A stretch of 64,000 bases of DNA from Paramoeba atlantica (GCA_977017575.1 CDRNVI010000161.1:29127-93126); one strand, 5' to 3'; counted from the first letter of the stretch, positions 12,073 through 24,433 are shown. Translations and numbers: made by a program. The notes: generated by a model from the sequence alone, not told the origin.

Positions 12073-14520
12073 TTTGTTAAAAGCAACATGTAATCATGGA
12101 TGGGGTGATCTCTCATGATGATAATGTGGTTAAAAAAGCAATTAAGGATTTTTGGGAGGGTCTTCTCAGCACAGAAAGACCATATAACAAAGATTCTCTT
12201 GATGAACTGATTGCTGACCACCAACCTCATTTCCTCCCAGTTGAGAAACATAATGTGGACAGGAAGAAAGTCAATAAACTACTTCAGAGAACCAACAACA
12301 CCAGCACAGGACCTGATGGTATTCCCTTCTCTTTGTATAAGGCAACACAAGAGAAGTACTTTGATATGTGGGTAAAACTAATTCAACAAGCAGGTGAGGT
12401 TATGGATTTTCAGGAGATCAATTGATGAAGCAGTAAAATCAGTATATGACTCTTTTTACAAAGCTTTGGCAGAGGGGAAAGATGTGACTCTCCTCCAAAC
12501 AGACTTTTGCAAGGCATATGATTATGTGAATTGTGATGCACTCCTTTATATTCTCAAAGGTTTGAACACCCCCCTCAAGCAATCTATGTTGTTGAGAAAG
12601 TCCTTTGTGAATATGTAACCTGGCTGCCAAATATTGGTGGATCTAAGAGGGCAGGCACCAAAGAATCAATTCAAAGATGGACAGGAGTTAGACAAGGATG
12701 CTCAATCTCCCCTCTATTGTTTGTGATTGTGTTTGACATCTTCCTTGTGAGTTTGAAGAAGAAACACAACCCCCAAGATCTGCCAGGCTTTATGGATGAT
12801 TTGAGGATGGTGCTTTAGTGAGCTGAAACCATCAATTCTCTCACTCCAACCTTTAAGAAATATGAAGAAGTGACTGGAGCTAAACTGAACTTTAATAAGT
12901 GCTTTGACCTCTCAACTGAGTCTTACAAACCAGTAGGCCCCTGGTCTGAGATGGCAAGACCCAATTACTGTGGTGATGAAACTGGAAGTGAGATTGAGTA
13001 AATGGTTATTTCCTCTCAAAGATTGGAAAAAGGTGGTTGTGCACAGGGTGCTAGTTTAGCCCCAGGGGAATTCAGTGAAAGATGAAGCTCAAAAAGGAGA
13101 AGAATTATGAACTTGTAGAGTTCAGATATTAGCTGAAGAAGAGAAAGAGAAAGAAACTCACTTGGGAGTTTTAGAATAAAAAAAGTGCTTGAAGACCATT
13201 CTTGAGTCCATTGTTTTCTGTGTGTCAGAGTGACTGTGTGTTTGGTGTGGAGTCAGGAGGTCATTCACTGTGGTCTAAAAGATGAAGAAAGTTGAAACAG
13301 CAATTAAAAAGAGAGGTGGGAATTTTTGCTCAAGAGTGAAGATGGTCAATACCTATCTAACTCCATGTATGGAATACTTAGTGAGATTCAAGTTGATCCT
13401 AAAATCTGTCACCTCTTTGATGTGGAAATCCATCTGCTTAGCCCTGGGTGCCATGCCAACACTAAAACCTCTGTTCTTACTTTATGCTATCCCCTTTGGA
13501 CTCAAATCCTCAACTACACCACTCCATTGTTTTTAATTAGGCTCTTTTCACCTCTTGTCCACCAATAAGGAGTGACTATCAGAGTCCTCTCTCCATTGGA
13601 GCTATGCAGAAGGATGCTTTCATTGCAGCCCAAAGCCTTTCTTCCAAAGTTGTGTTTGGCCAGGCCACTTGTGTTGTATATACCAATATGTCTCAAATAA
13701 TTTCAATTGAAATCAAAGACTTGTATGTGGGGGAAGGAAGAGCTGAGTGTGTGGTGTACAACTTGACTCATGCAATTAGACCTCAGCTCAAGAGGAATTT
13801 ACTTAAATTTCTAATAAAAGAGCTATCTACAAGAAACAAGTTGTCTCACTTCTCAAACTAAGATTCAAGTTGTTGCTTAGCTGCCACTGAGAAAAGGAGT
13901 TATGATTTCATCTATTGGAAAAATGTTCTGTGGCTGAGGGTCTTCTTTAAGCAAGGGGAAGGAAATGTATTTTGCTGAAAGTACTCAACTGGCAAGAAAC
14001 TAAGAGTGTGTGGCCTTGTCTCAAAGTATCTTACCAGGCAAGAAACCTCTGTGGTGAGTGCTGCCCTGCTGAGTTTGTAGCTCACAGTGTGTGCAAAAGG
14101 AACTAAATCAGCCTAATATACTAAAAAAATTTTTAGAAAAATCTTAAGAAAGAATAAAATCCTCCTTTGGCCTCTAAGGACTCAAACCAAGAAAGAATTA
14201 AAGAAAAGAAAAGTTTTAAATTCAAAGGTTTTTTAATGTTTTATAATGGTTCAGGACATACAAACCCTCATTTAGAGGGTGTAGGTTTTGCAGTTTTCAG
14301 GAAAGAAAGAGAGATATGTGGTGGGTTTGAAACCATTTCTTTTGGTTTTAACAATATTGGTGAATTTACAGGCTGTTTGAGAGGGATACAAAATGTTAAA
14401 TCAATGATAAAAGAGATTATGATTGTTGAAGATTGTATAATTCTTACCAAGATAATGTTCAAAACCCATACTAGAAAAAATTATACTTTAAATGAATTAC
14501 TTTGTGAAATTACAAGTTAA
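12073..14520 (+). mobile_element. Degenerate L1-like non-LTR retrotransposon: RT, Cys-rich region, C-terminal RNase H; 5'-truncated
   Basis: RT motifs STGPDGIP, LQTDFCKAYDYVN, GVRQGCSISPLLF and GFMDD. RNase H-like MFYNGSGHTNP..GVG...NNIGEF...IVEDC at 14230-14460. RT domain 2 is deleted; multiple stops. Confidence 0.85.
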
Positions 14521-15730
14521 GGCTTGAAGGTTTGTAACACTATAAGTAAAACAACTATTTAAGATAAGAAAAGCTTTGGTATTATCTTTGAACTCTAAAA
14601 ATCAACATCTTATAATCACTTTTAGAACAAAAATTTTATCAATTCAATAAGAAAATAACTTATTATTGATATTTGGTGATGAAAATGATATTACATAACA
14701 CCACTCATTCACTGAGAGATTATACATTACCTCTAAGTTTGAAACAAAGGATATTGTTTTGATAATTGTAAAAATTGAAAGATTCCATCCAATAATACCA
14801 ACTATGAGCATTAAAGTGATATAGAATTCATTTCAAGAGGAACAATATCTATGAGAGCAATTATGTATTAAAACAACTTTGAGTTTTTTAGTATCTTTTT
14901 TGTAATTAAAATCAGTTTCATTAATATTCATGATCAATTGAAAGTGAGCAGCATCAATCTTTTCTTGCAATTCTTTTACATTTTGTTTCAGCTTTTCTTC
15001 AAACAAACTGCATCTCTCTGCCTCAAGTGGCTCTAAATCAATAAGAAAAAGTTGTTTTTCACTCTAAACAAAGAAATAAATCCAAGTGAAAAAGATTGCT
15101 TTTAAGAAAGTGGTATTAATCCAATCTTTGAGGGTGGTTTGGATCAATGAAACTTGGTTTCCATTACATTTTTACATATATTTAACAATTTTATCAATTT
15201 GAAAAGGTTCAATCTTTGTAAAGTGTTTTCACATCTTTGATTTCACTCTAAAAAGCAGGTTACCCCAGGTTTTGGAAAGTTTTCTGTTTTGTTGTTAGTC
15301 AATTTGAAAAAAACAACTCACATTTGTAAAAGTTATTATTTATTCTTTTTCATTTGGACTATTAAGAATTAATTTTTTATAAAAACAATAATATTACTTT
15401 ATTAAAGTTTAACAAAGAGTTAACTTTTCTTATTCAAAGGTTTTAGAAAAAAAAATGTATTCATGAACTAGAAGTTTTAAATTTTACAATGAAATTACTT
15501 CAACAAGAAGAGCAAAAGATTTTTTTTTTTTTATAAAAGAAGATAATAGATTCTTGTATATGAGTTTAGGTGAAATGAAGCAATTAAACAAAAACCAACA
15601 AAAACAAACAAAAAACTAAAATCAATTTCAGAAACAAAATTAATTTTCTTTATTTGGCTAAAAAAAAAATATTTTTCTCAATTTGATTTTTATATTTTTG
15701 AAAAAAATAAGATTTTAAATATTCAAAAAA

Positions 15731-16786
15731 GAGAATCAGAAAATAAATTAAGAAATTACATTCAATATGGAGACATAATTAAGAAATTGAAATTACAAAA
15801 AATTAATATAAAAAAAAGAAAATAAAAAATAAATCAAATACATCAATTCAAAACAATTAAGAAATTTGATTGAATCAACTTAAAAAATATCATAGATCTG
15901 AAATATAAATTCTAAAAATATCAGAGAATCAGAAAATAAATTAAGGAATTGCATTCAATATGGAGACATAATTAAGAAATTGAAATTACAAAAAAATAAT
16001 ATGAAAAAAATGAAATAAAAAATAAATCAAATACATCAATTCAAAACAATTAAGAAATTTTATTGAACCAACTTAAAAAATATCACAGATCTGAAATATA
16101 AGTTCTAAAAATATCAGAGAATCAGAAAATAAATTAAGAAATTACATTCAATATGAAGACATAATTAAGAAATTGAAATTACAAAAAATTAATATAAAAA
16201 AAAGAAAATAAAAAATAAATCAAATACATCAATTCAAAACAATTAAGAAATTTGATTGAATCAACTTAAAAAATATCATAGATCTGAAATATAAATTCTA
16301 AAAATATCAGAGAATCAGAAAATAAATTAAGGAATTGCATTCAATATGGAGACATAATTAAGAAATTGAAATTACAAAAAAATAATATGAAAAAAATGAA
16401 ATAAAAAATAAATCAAATACATCAATTCAAAACAATTAAGAAATTTTATTGAACCAACTTAAAAAATATCATAGATCTGAAAAATAAGTTCTAAAAATAT
16501 CAGAGAATCAGAAAATAAATTAAAGAATTGCATTCAATATAGAAACATAATTAAGAAATTGAAATTACAAAAAATTAATGTAAAAAAAAGAAAATAAAAA
16601 ATAAATCAAATACATCAATTCAAAACAATTAAGAAATTTGATTGAACCAACTTAAAAAATATTTTTAAAATAAAAAATAAATTTAAAAAATATTACAAAA
16701 TCAGAAAATAAATTAAAACATTTTATTCAATATAGAAATATAATTAAGAAATTGAAATTACAAAAAAATAATATAAAAAAAATTAC
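15731..16786. repeat. 193-bp AT-rich tandem satellite, ~5.5 units, alternating A/B variants
   Basis: The AAATC of the TAAATCAAATAC anchor ends at 15835, 16028, 16221, 16414 and 16607 (period 193). Confidence 0.95.
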
Positions 16787-16949
16787 TTTTAATCATTTCT
16801 TATTGATTCTCTATTTCAAATATCCAAGTAAAAGAGGGCAAACAACTCCACACAAACATTTCATAATGATGTAAGTTTTGATAACAGACCAAACTATTGT
16901 ATGAATAAACTAAAAACTGATTTGAGTAGAGAGGTGTGAGGTAGTGAAT

Positions 16950-17640
16950 AAAATTATATTGTACTGCTCAAATAGAATGCTTATACTTGTTTAATAAAGT
17001 TGATGCAAGTTTTTCAAGTTGATACAGGAAGTGTGAAAAAGAGTGAATATTTTTTACTCTTGTTGGAGCCTTCATTGATAAGTCAGATTTACCACCACAA
17101 TCAAAACTACCATTATCAATAACTTATTCAACTCAAAAAGACAGATTTTTGATTAGTGCCTTTCAAAAAGCTTCTTTAACAAGATCACATTTATAGGCAT
17201 GGCAACCAAAAATCTGAAAGACTTTTCTAGCCATTTGATTCAATTCTTCAATTGCTGCTGCTAGGTTTGAAGGAGTATGATCCCCCATTACAGATCCAAA
17301 GGAAGAGAGGTTCAAAGAATCTAAAAAGGACTAGACTTCAGGGAATTTCTTTGCCAGATTTTGTAGACCATTTAAAAGAGAAAAATTATTCTTTGCAATT
17401 GACAAGGCATCATGATCAACTGCTTCTTGAATACTCAAATTAACATGCCCACCTTCACCCTGGATACCAACAGAAAGAAGATTTCATCTTTGTGATGAAT
17501 TTCCATCATGAGAGAAAGTTGGGGATTTTAGTTCTTGGATCAGTAGTGCTTCTAATTTTAATTGAATGCTGTCTTCACAACAAATCTGTTGGATTGTGGT
17601 TGATGATGAAAGAGTAAGGTCTTTTTCTAAAAAAATTCAG
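16950..17640 (-). pseudogene. hAT-like transposase remnant
   Basis: Minus frame reads PTFSHDG...AVDHDALSIA...SVMGDHTPSNLAAA...IFGCHAYKCDL, matching the hAT D, D and CxxH motifs (H>Y), then LPVST of the dimerisation region. In-frame stops present. Confidence 0.55.
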
Positions 17641-19354
17641 AAAAATTCTCAAATTGCAGAAGAAATATTTCTCTGGACCATCTCAAAGGAAAAAAGAGAA
17701 CAAATCAAATTGTGAACTTTTTGAGAAAATTGCAATCTACCAGCACCAAGTTCAAGAGTTCTTACCTGCTCTTTCATTTCTTCTTTTTCTTTTTCATTGT
17801 TCTCCTTGTCCTCTTTAGTTTTCTTTGCAAGAGCAAGGAGGTTATGAAATGAAATTTCCTTAGAAAGATCAATCAAATGATGAACTTTTATCAACAAAAA
17901 GATCAAGATTATTAAATGCTTTGATGTGTGGTGGGCAGCAAATAAAATAATCACAAGCAGGTTGGCTTTCCTTGTTTCAATCATGACCACTTCATAAACC
18001 ACCAGAAAATTCCCCACCACTTCCACAAAAGCAGATTGCCCAACTTTATCAAAGAATTTGGGGGTCAATAAAGAAAAACAACCATTTTCATTCAAAACAA
18101 AATGTTCAACAACAATTCACAATTTTCAGTGTTTCAATCATTGGTTCCAGGAGGTGAGTCCTTCTCTAATAATTTTTCAATCTAAAGCCTTTTCTAATTG
18201 TCTTCACCATTTCTCCTCAAACAAGGAAGGAACAGCAATGAATGGTCCAGCATAAGTCATTGCTTTGTGGTTTGGTCCTTGACAATATTCACACTCAGCT
18301 TGCACTACTTTCAAGAATCACTTCTTTATGGGTTTCATGAGTCTTTTTTCAAAAAAAAAAAAGATCAGTTTCAAGAAGAGGGTCTTTGAATTCAAAATCC
18401 AAAAGAATTTTGGGGATTGAAAGAAATACCTGCCTTAATCAGAGTTGTACAACAATTTTTTTGAGCAATTTCAAGGGCCAGAACAATTCAACTCCAAAAC
18501 AAAAGAACAAAAAAAGAAAAAAATCTTTGTCATGGCACTACCTGCACAACTTTGGGCATGTTTGCACTCTAGAAAGAGAGAAAGAGTGGTGGTGAGAAAG
18601 AGAGAAAGGAGAGACAAAAGAAAAACAAAGAATTCAAAAATCCCAAAAGAGAGAAGAAGAATGAAAGAGAAAGAAAAGAAAAACAAAAACAAAGTGAAAA
18701 AGACAAAAAGACAAAAAAAAAAAGGAGGGAAGGGAGGAAAGGAAAAAAAAAAAAGAGAGATTTCAAAAGAAAAAGAAAAAAAAAAAAGAGAAAAAAAAAA
18801 GACTTTTTCCCCCTTGAAAAACAACAAACAACAAACCACAAACCAACCACACCACCAATCACTTCCCACTTCATTCGAATCAATACTCACTCTCCCCTCT
18901 TCCTCTCAAACCCCACCTTCAAAAGCTCTGCTCCCCACCCCTGATGTAACAACAGATTTTCAAGATTGCCATGGCCATGCCTCTCGATCTTGGGCACCCT
19001 CAAACCAGATAGCACAGAAAACTTTCGGTTCCCAAAACTTCACTTGGGCCAAGTGGAGAAAGAGTCACAGCCAAGAAGGAGAGCAAGAGAAAGAAAAAGA
19101 AGGAAAAAAAGAAGAGGTCAGAGAAAGAGAAAAGGAAGGAAAAAGACAAAGAGAACCCCAAAAAAGCGAGAGAGCAGGAGCAGAAACAATGAAGAAAGAG
19201 AGAAAAGAAAGGAAGAGAATGAAAAGAAAAAGAAAATAGAGGAGGAAAAAAAACAGAAAGGAAAAAGAATGGAAAAAAAGAGGAAGAAAGAGAAAAATCA
19301 GAAAAAGAAAAGAATGAAAGAAACAGAAAAGAAAGAGAAAAAGAACTAAATCGA

Positions 19355-22195
19355 ATGGACAATCCTCAGGCCCAAAAGACAACTTCACATCCTCCAAAAT
19401 TCCTTGGCAATTGCTTGTACCAAAGATGCAGAGGCCAACACCAAAAAGTAATAGTCTCCCGATGTGAGAAGTGCCTCCTTACATTCTGCTCCTTTTCCCA
19501 CCACAGGAAGTCACAAACTCTCTGTCACCCTCTTCCTCCTCCCCCCCCCCAACCTCTCCCATCCCTAACCTCCCCTCCCTGCTCTCCCTCCAATCCCTCC
19601 TCCCACCCTCCCTCCCCAATTCCCTCCCACCCTCCCTCCCCACTCCCCTCCCCCACTCCCTATCCCTCTCTGCATCTCAATTTTAATCCTGATCTCGATC
19701 CCTCCAGCACCCCTCCCCCTTCATGTAACAACCCTGAATGCAATGGTAAAGCAGAAGTTGGCTCCCACATCTCCTGTAACCACTGCCAAATGCATTATTG
19801 TTCAACACAATGCCACAACAGCACAGAAAACCATCCCATCACCCCTTTTCCTCCTCCCCCATCTCACCCCTCACCTCACACACCTCTCCACCCTCCTTCC
19901 CATCCACCTCATTTGCCCCCCCCCCAAGCCCACCTCACCACCTCCCTTCCCACACCCCCTCTCACTCCCCTCTCACTCCCCCTCCCCAACAACTTTCCCA
20001 CCGCCCTTCTTCTCATGGCCCACCTTCTTTTCAACAAACTCCTCCCTCCCTCTCCCTTATCCTTGAACTCTTCGAAAATGGCTCCTATGAAGATATAGTC
20101 TTAACTGTCCCCCGCTTCAGAAACTTGGATCGCGCAAGAACAAGCTCCCTCCAAACATGCAGAGCTCGTGACCTCCTTGGACTTGGAATCAACCACTTCT
20201 TTGATGGCCAACACCATTCTCTCCTCAGATTTCAAAAATGCTCAACAAACAAAGCAAGATGAGATATCGTCCCCCTTCTCTTGAATCGCAAGTAGCACGG
20301 GGAGAATAGCCTTTCTCCTACAGTTCTGGCAACACTGGAAACCTGCACCACAGCCTCCCAAAATCTCGCTCACAAATGTCAAAGACAACTTCTTTTTCAT
20401 CTGTGGGGATGGATCTGTTGCTACCAACCCAAATGGATGGTGCGTTGGAAGCTCATCACTCTGTGTCATTCGTGAGAACAAGGAAATTGTCCACTCTCTC
20501 ATCCATTCTCCCAAGCCCTGAAAACCATATTAACTGGAGAAACCACGAGAACAACTCTTTGGCAGATAGGATCACAAGTTTAGCAGTACACAGAGGATGC
20601 CCTGACAACACCTGGAGAATCACACCCATCCTCAACCCAGACCCACAACACATCCAACAACTCTTCTTCAATCATGGGCGCTCTACAACCCTTCCTCATG
20701 GAAGCAAAGAAGAGGCTGCAATGAACTTCATCCTCTCTCTTGAAGGAGACTCCTTCTCAAAACACATCCCCCTCCGCTACATGGACTCAGTACCACTCTG
20801 CCTTCGTGATACAGTCATCAAAACTTTTTGTGCTGTATGACACCTCTTTCATAAGATACCCCAACTCCTGATCCTCCTCCCAAAATGGATCATTGGCTGC
20901 CTTAGAAGGAGTACTCGAGGAATGAAAGAAGTGAAATCTTGATGCACCATGGTGCGAAATTTTGAGTGGGAGAGACTCCACAAAAAACTCGAGGGCAAGC
21001 TCAGCAAACTCAAGCAAAAGAGGAGGCAGAAGTCCACCAAGAAAACCAAGGCAGACCAGATTATTGAAGAGGTCAGAAAAGGACATCTCTCCAAAGCTGC
21101 AAGGAAGCTTCAATCCAAGAGTGGATTCAGGGATCTCTCAGTCCCAGAAAATCGTGAAACTGCGAAGAACCTCTACCCAAGATCTGAGCAGGCGTGGACT
21201 CCACCAGATGGAGAAGAAATTCCTGACTGGAAACCAGCAATCCTTGAACAAGATGAGTTTCAGTCCTTTGACTCACTTGATCTGGCCCTTCGGAGACTTC
21301 CAAAAGGCCGCACACCAGGGCTCTCAGGAATGTCTTATGAGTTTGTCACACTCCTATGCACAGACCGAGAACTCTGCTCAACCCTCAAAGAATTGACTGT
21401 CTTAATCACCAACCAAAAACTCAATGAAACCATACACAACATCATGGCAACCTCTCTCTTCATTCCTCTGGCAAAAGGGTCCAGCAAGGAGATCCCCTCG
21501 GGACAATTTTCTTTTGTCTGGGATTTCATGGAATCCTCAATCCAATCTTTCAGAAGGTTGATGCTCCACCGAATGCACTTCTTCTTCTCCTCTTTGTCGA
21601 TGATATATTTGTTTGTGGGAGCCCAGTTGCCATTGCAGAAATCACCACTCAGATCCAGAGTGTCCTCCCAAATGCCAACCTCAAACTTGGCACAGAAAGG
21701 GGCAAAATGGTCTGTTTCTCTCCCGAAGCGCCCAGGAGCAATGACCTCAAAAATCTTGGCATTGGGAAGGCGGAAGTAATCACAGTTCTAGGGTCACCCA
21801 TCGGGCTGAACTCAAATTTCCAAGTGGCTTCACACCCTTGCTCAAGAATACCAACAAGCATCGCAAGACCACTGTTTAATAATGTTCTCCAACCCCCATG
21901 AAAGTCTTGAGCTTTTTGTTAAAACCATCACACCCAAACTAACATACATCTGTTGCACAACACCTCTCTCTTTAACCCCTTTCCAAGACTTCATCAAGCA
22001 AACCACTACAACAAACATCAATTACCTCCTCAACCCCCTCCAAGTCCCCCACCTGCATCCAAACAAAGAACTCCATCTCTCTCAAGTAGAAGCTGCAGGC
22101 CTTCCAAAGTCAAAAGGTGGTGGTGGCTTGAGCTACTCTCAGAACACCCACCAAGCAGCCTTCCTTGGCTCCTGGATCTCAGTCTACCAAAGAGA
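19355..22195 (+). mobile_element. CRE-like (early-branching, R2/CRE group) non-LTR retrotransposon; frameshifted, 3'-truncated, no endonuclease seen
   Basis: N-terminal Cys-rich modules, then KGHLSKAARKL..NLYP, RRLPKGRTPGLSGMSYEF, FIPLAK, VQQGDPLG (21479), FVDD (~21593), VLGSPIG and LPKSKGGGGL...AAFLGSW. RT domain 3 is deleted. Confidence 0.8.
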
Positions 22196-22199
22196 GAAA

Positions 22200-24310
22200 A
22201 CCCGATCAAAAAAGGGAAGAAAGGGGAACAAGAAAAAGGGGAACAAGAAAAAGAGGAACAAAAAAAAGAGAAAAAGTGAGAAAGTGAAAAAGTGAAAAAA
22301 AAGAGAAGAGATAAAAGTGAAAAAGAGAAGAAAAAACAGAAAAGTAAAGAAATAAAAAAAATAAAGAGAGAACCCATTCCGGTCCCATTCATAAAGGGCA
22401 AAAAAGTTCGAGAAAGAGGAAAGAAAAAAAGAGAGAAAAAAGAAAAAAAGAGAGAAAAAAGAAAAAGAGAGAGAAAAAAGAAAAAGAGAGAGAAAAGAAA
22501 AAAGAGAGAGAAAAGAAAAAAGAAAAAGAGAGAGAAAAGAAAAAGAGAAGAGAGAGAAGAGAAAAGGCAAAACAAAACCAATGAGGCCAGAAAAATTATG
22601 AACCCTAAAATCTTTTTTTTTGGTGCTAAAATAAACCAGCGTTGAAAAAATATTTTACAAGGAAATTTTGATGAGAATTTTTTTTTCAATGCCCTGAAAA
22701 ACCTTTGCAATTGCGCTCCTTTCCCTTGGCAACCCGGTGAGAGAGAGGAAAGAGCGAAAGGAGAAGAAAAGAGGAAAGAGAAAAAGAAAAGAAAGAAAGA
22801 GAAATTAAAAAAAGAATTAACTTAAAAAAAAAAGAACTAAAAAAAAAGGGAAAGAGGAAGAAGGAGAGAAGGAGGGAAGAAGGAGGGAAGAAGGAGGGAA
22901 GAAGGAGGGAAGAGGGAGGGAAGAGGGAGGGAAGAAGGAGGGAAGAAGGAGGGAAGAAGGAGGGAAGAAGGAGGGAAGAGGGAGGGAAGAGGGAGGGAAG
23001 AAGGAGGGAAGAGGGAGGGAAGAAGGAGGGAAGAGGGAGGGAAGAGGGAGGGAAGGTAAGGAAGGAGGAAAGGTTGGGGAAGGTTGGGAAGAGGTGGGTG
23101 AAGTATGTTCTTGAGGTTTATTCTTTTTTCTTTCTCTTTTCTTTTTGTTTTTGTTTTTTTTTGTTTTTTTTTTTGTTTTTTTTCGATTTTTCTTTTTTTT
23201 TTTGTTTTTTCTTCTTTATCATTTTCCTCTTTATCTTTTTCCTCTTTTTAATCTTTTCCCCTCTCTTCTCTTTTTCTCCCTTTTTCCTTCTCTCTTTCTT
23301 TTCTCTTTCTTTTCTCTTTCTTTCTTCATTGGTTTTTTTTTTCTTTTTTTCTTTTGTTTTTTTGTTTTTTTTCTTTTTTTTCTTTGTTTTTTTTTCTTTT
23401 GTTTTTTCTTTTTTTCTTTTTTTTTTGTGTGTTTTTCCTTTTTTTTTCTTTTCTTTTCTTTTCTTTTATCTTTTGTTTTTTGTCTTCTTTATCTTTTATC
23501 TTTCCTCTTTTTAATCTTTCTCCCCCCCTCTTCTCTTTTCTCCTCTTTCCCCTCTTTCTCCTTCTCTTTTCTTTTCTTTCCTTCTCTTTCTTTCCTTTTA
23601 AAACAGTGAAGTCGTTGAATTAGAAAAGAGTGAAATCACGTATCAAAAAAGATCCTTTTTCTTCACAGTTTTTTTCTTTTCTTTTCTTTTTTTTCTTTTT
23701 TTTTTTCTTTTTTCTTTTTTTTTCTCTTTTTTTTCTCTTTTTTCTTTCTTTTCTGTCTTTGTTTTTCTTTTTTTCTTTTCCTTCTTTTTTTTTTCTTTTT
23801 CCTTTTCCTTTTTTTTCCTTTTTTTTCCTTTTCTTTTCTTTTCTTTTTTGTTTTTTTTTGTTGTTTTTTTTTCCTTTTTTTTCCTTTTCCTCCTCTTTCT
23901 CCTTTCTTTTCTTGACAAAGCGAAAATAAAAAGAAAATTGTTGGTTCTCTTTTTTCTCTTTCTCTTTTCCCTCTTCCTTTCCTTTTTTTTCCTTTTCCTT
24001 TTTTCTTTTTCTTTTTTCTTTCTTTTTTTCTTTTTTTCTTCTCTTTGTTTCTTTTATCTTTTCTTTTTTTCTCTTTTTTTTTCTTTTTTCTTTCTTTTTT
24101 CTTTTTTTGTTTTCCTTTTCTTTTTTTCTTTTCTTTTTTTTTTCTTTTCTTTTTCTTTTTTTTCTTTTTTTTTCTTTTTTTTCTTTTGTTTTTATTTATT
24201 TTTTTGTTTATTTTTCTCTTTTTTTTTTTCTTTTCCCTTTCCTTTCCCTTTTCTTTTTTTTTTCTTTCTTTTTTTTTCCTTTCTGTTTTCTTTCTTTTTT
24301 TCATTTTTTT
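22200..24310. repeat. Long polypurine tract followed by long polypyrimidine tract
   Basis: Almost exclusively A/G to ~23100, then T/C-rich to 24310. Confidence 0.9.
22868..23055 (+). repeat. 11-bp purine tandem (GAAGGAGGGAA / GAGGGAGGGAA)n
   Basis: Direct reading of ~17 units. Confidence 0.9.
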
Positions 24311-24433
24311 TTGTTCAAAAGATTCGAAAAATCGCAAATGAAAAAGAGAGAAGTTGCCACACAAATTCAAAGTTGGATAAGGAGGGCAAAGAGAAGAGAG
24401 ACCAAACAACACAAAAGAGGATTATTTCGTGAT

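Noticed and set aside
17150-17640. Alternative genetic code (TGA read-through) suggested by stops in otherwise open frames
   Set aside because: The stops occur only in decayed elements and are explained by CGA/CAR>stop or TGG>TGA/TAG transitions. The only intact gene gives no support for recoding.
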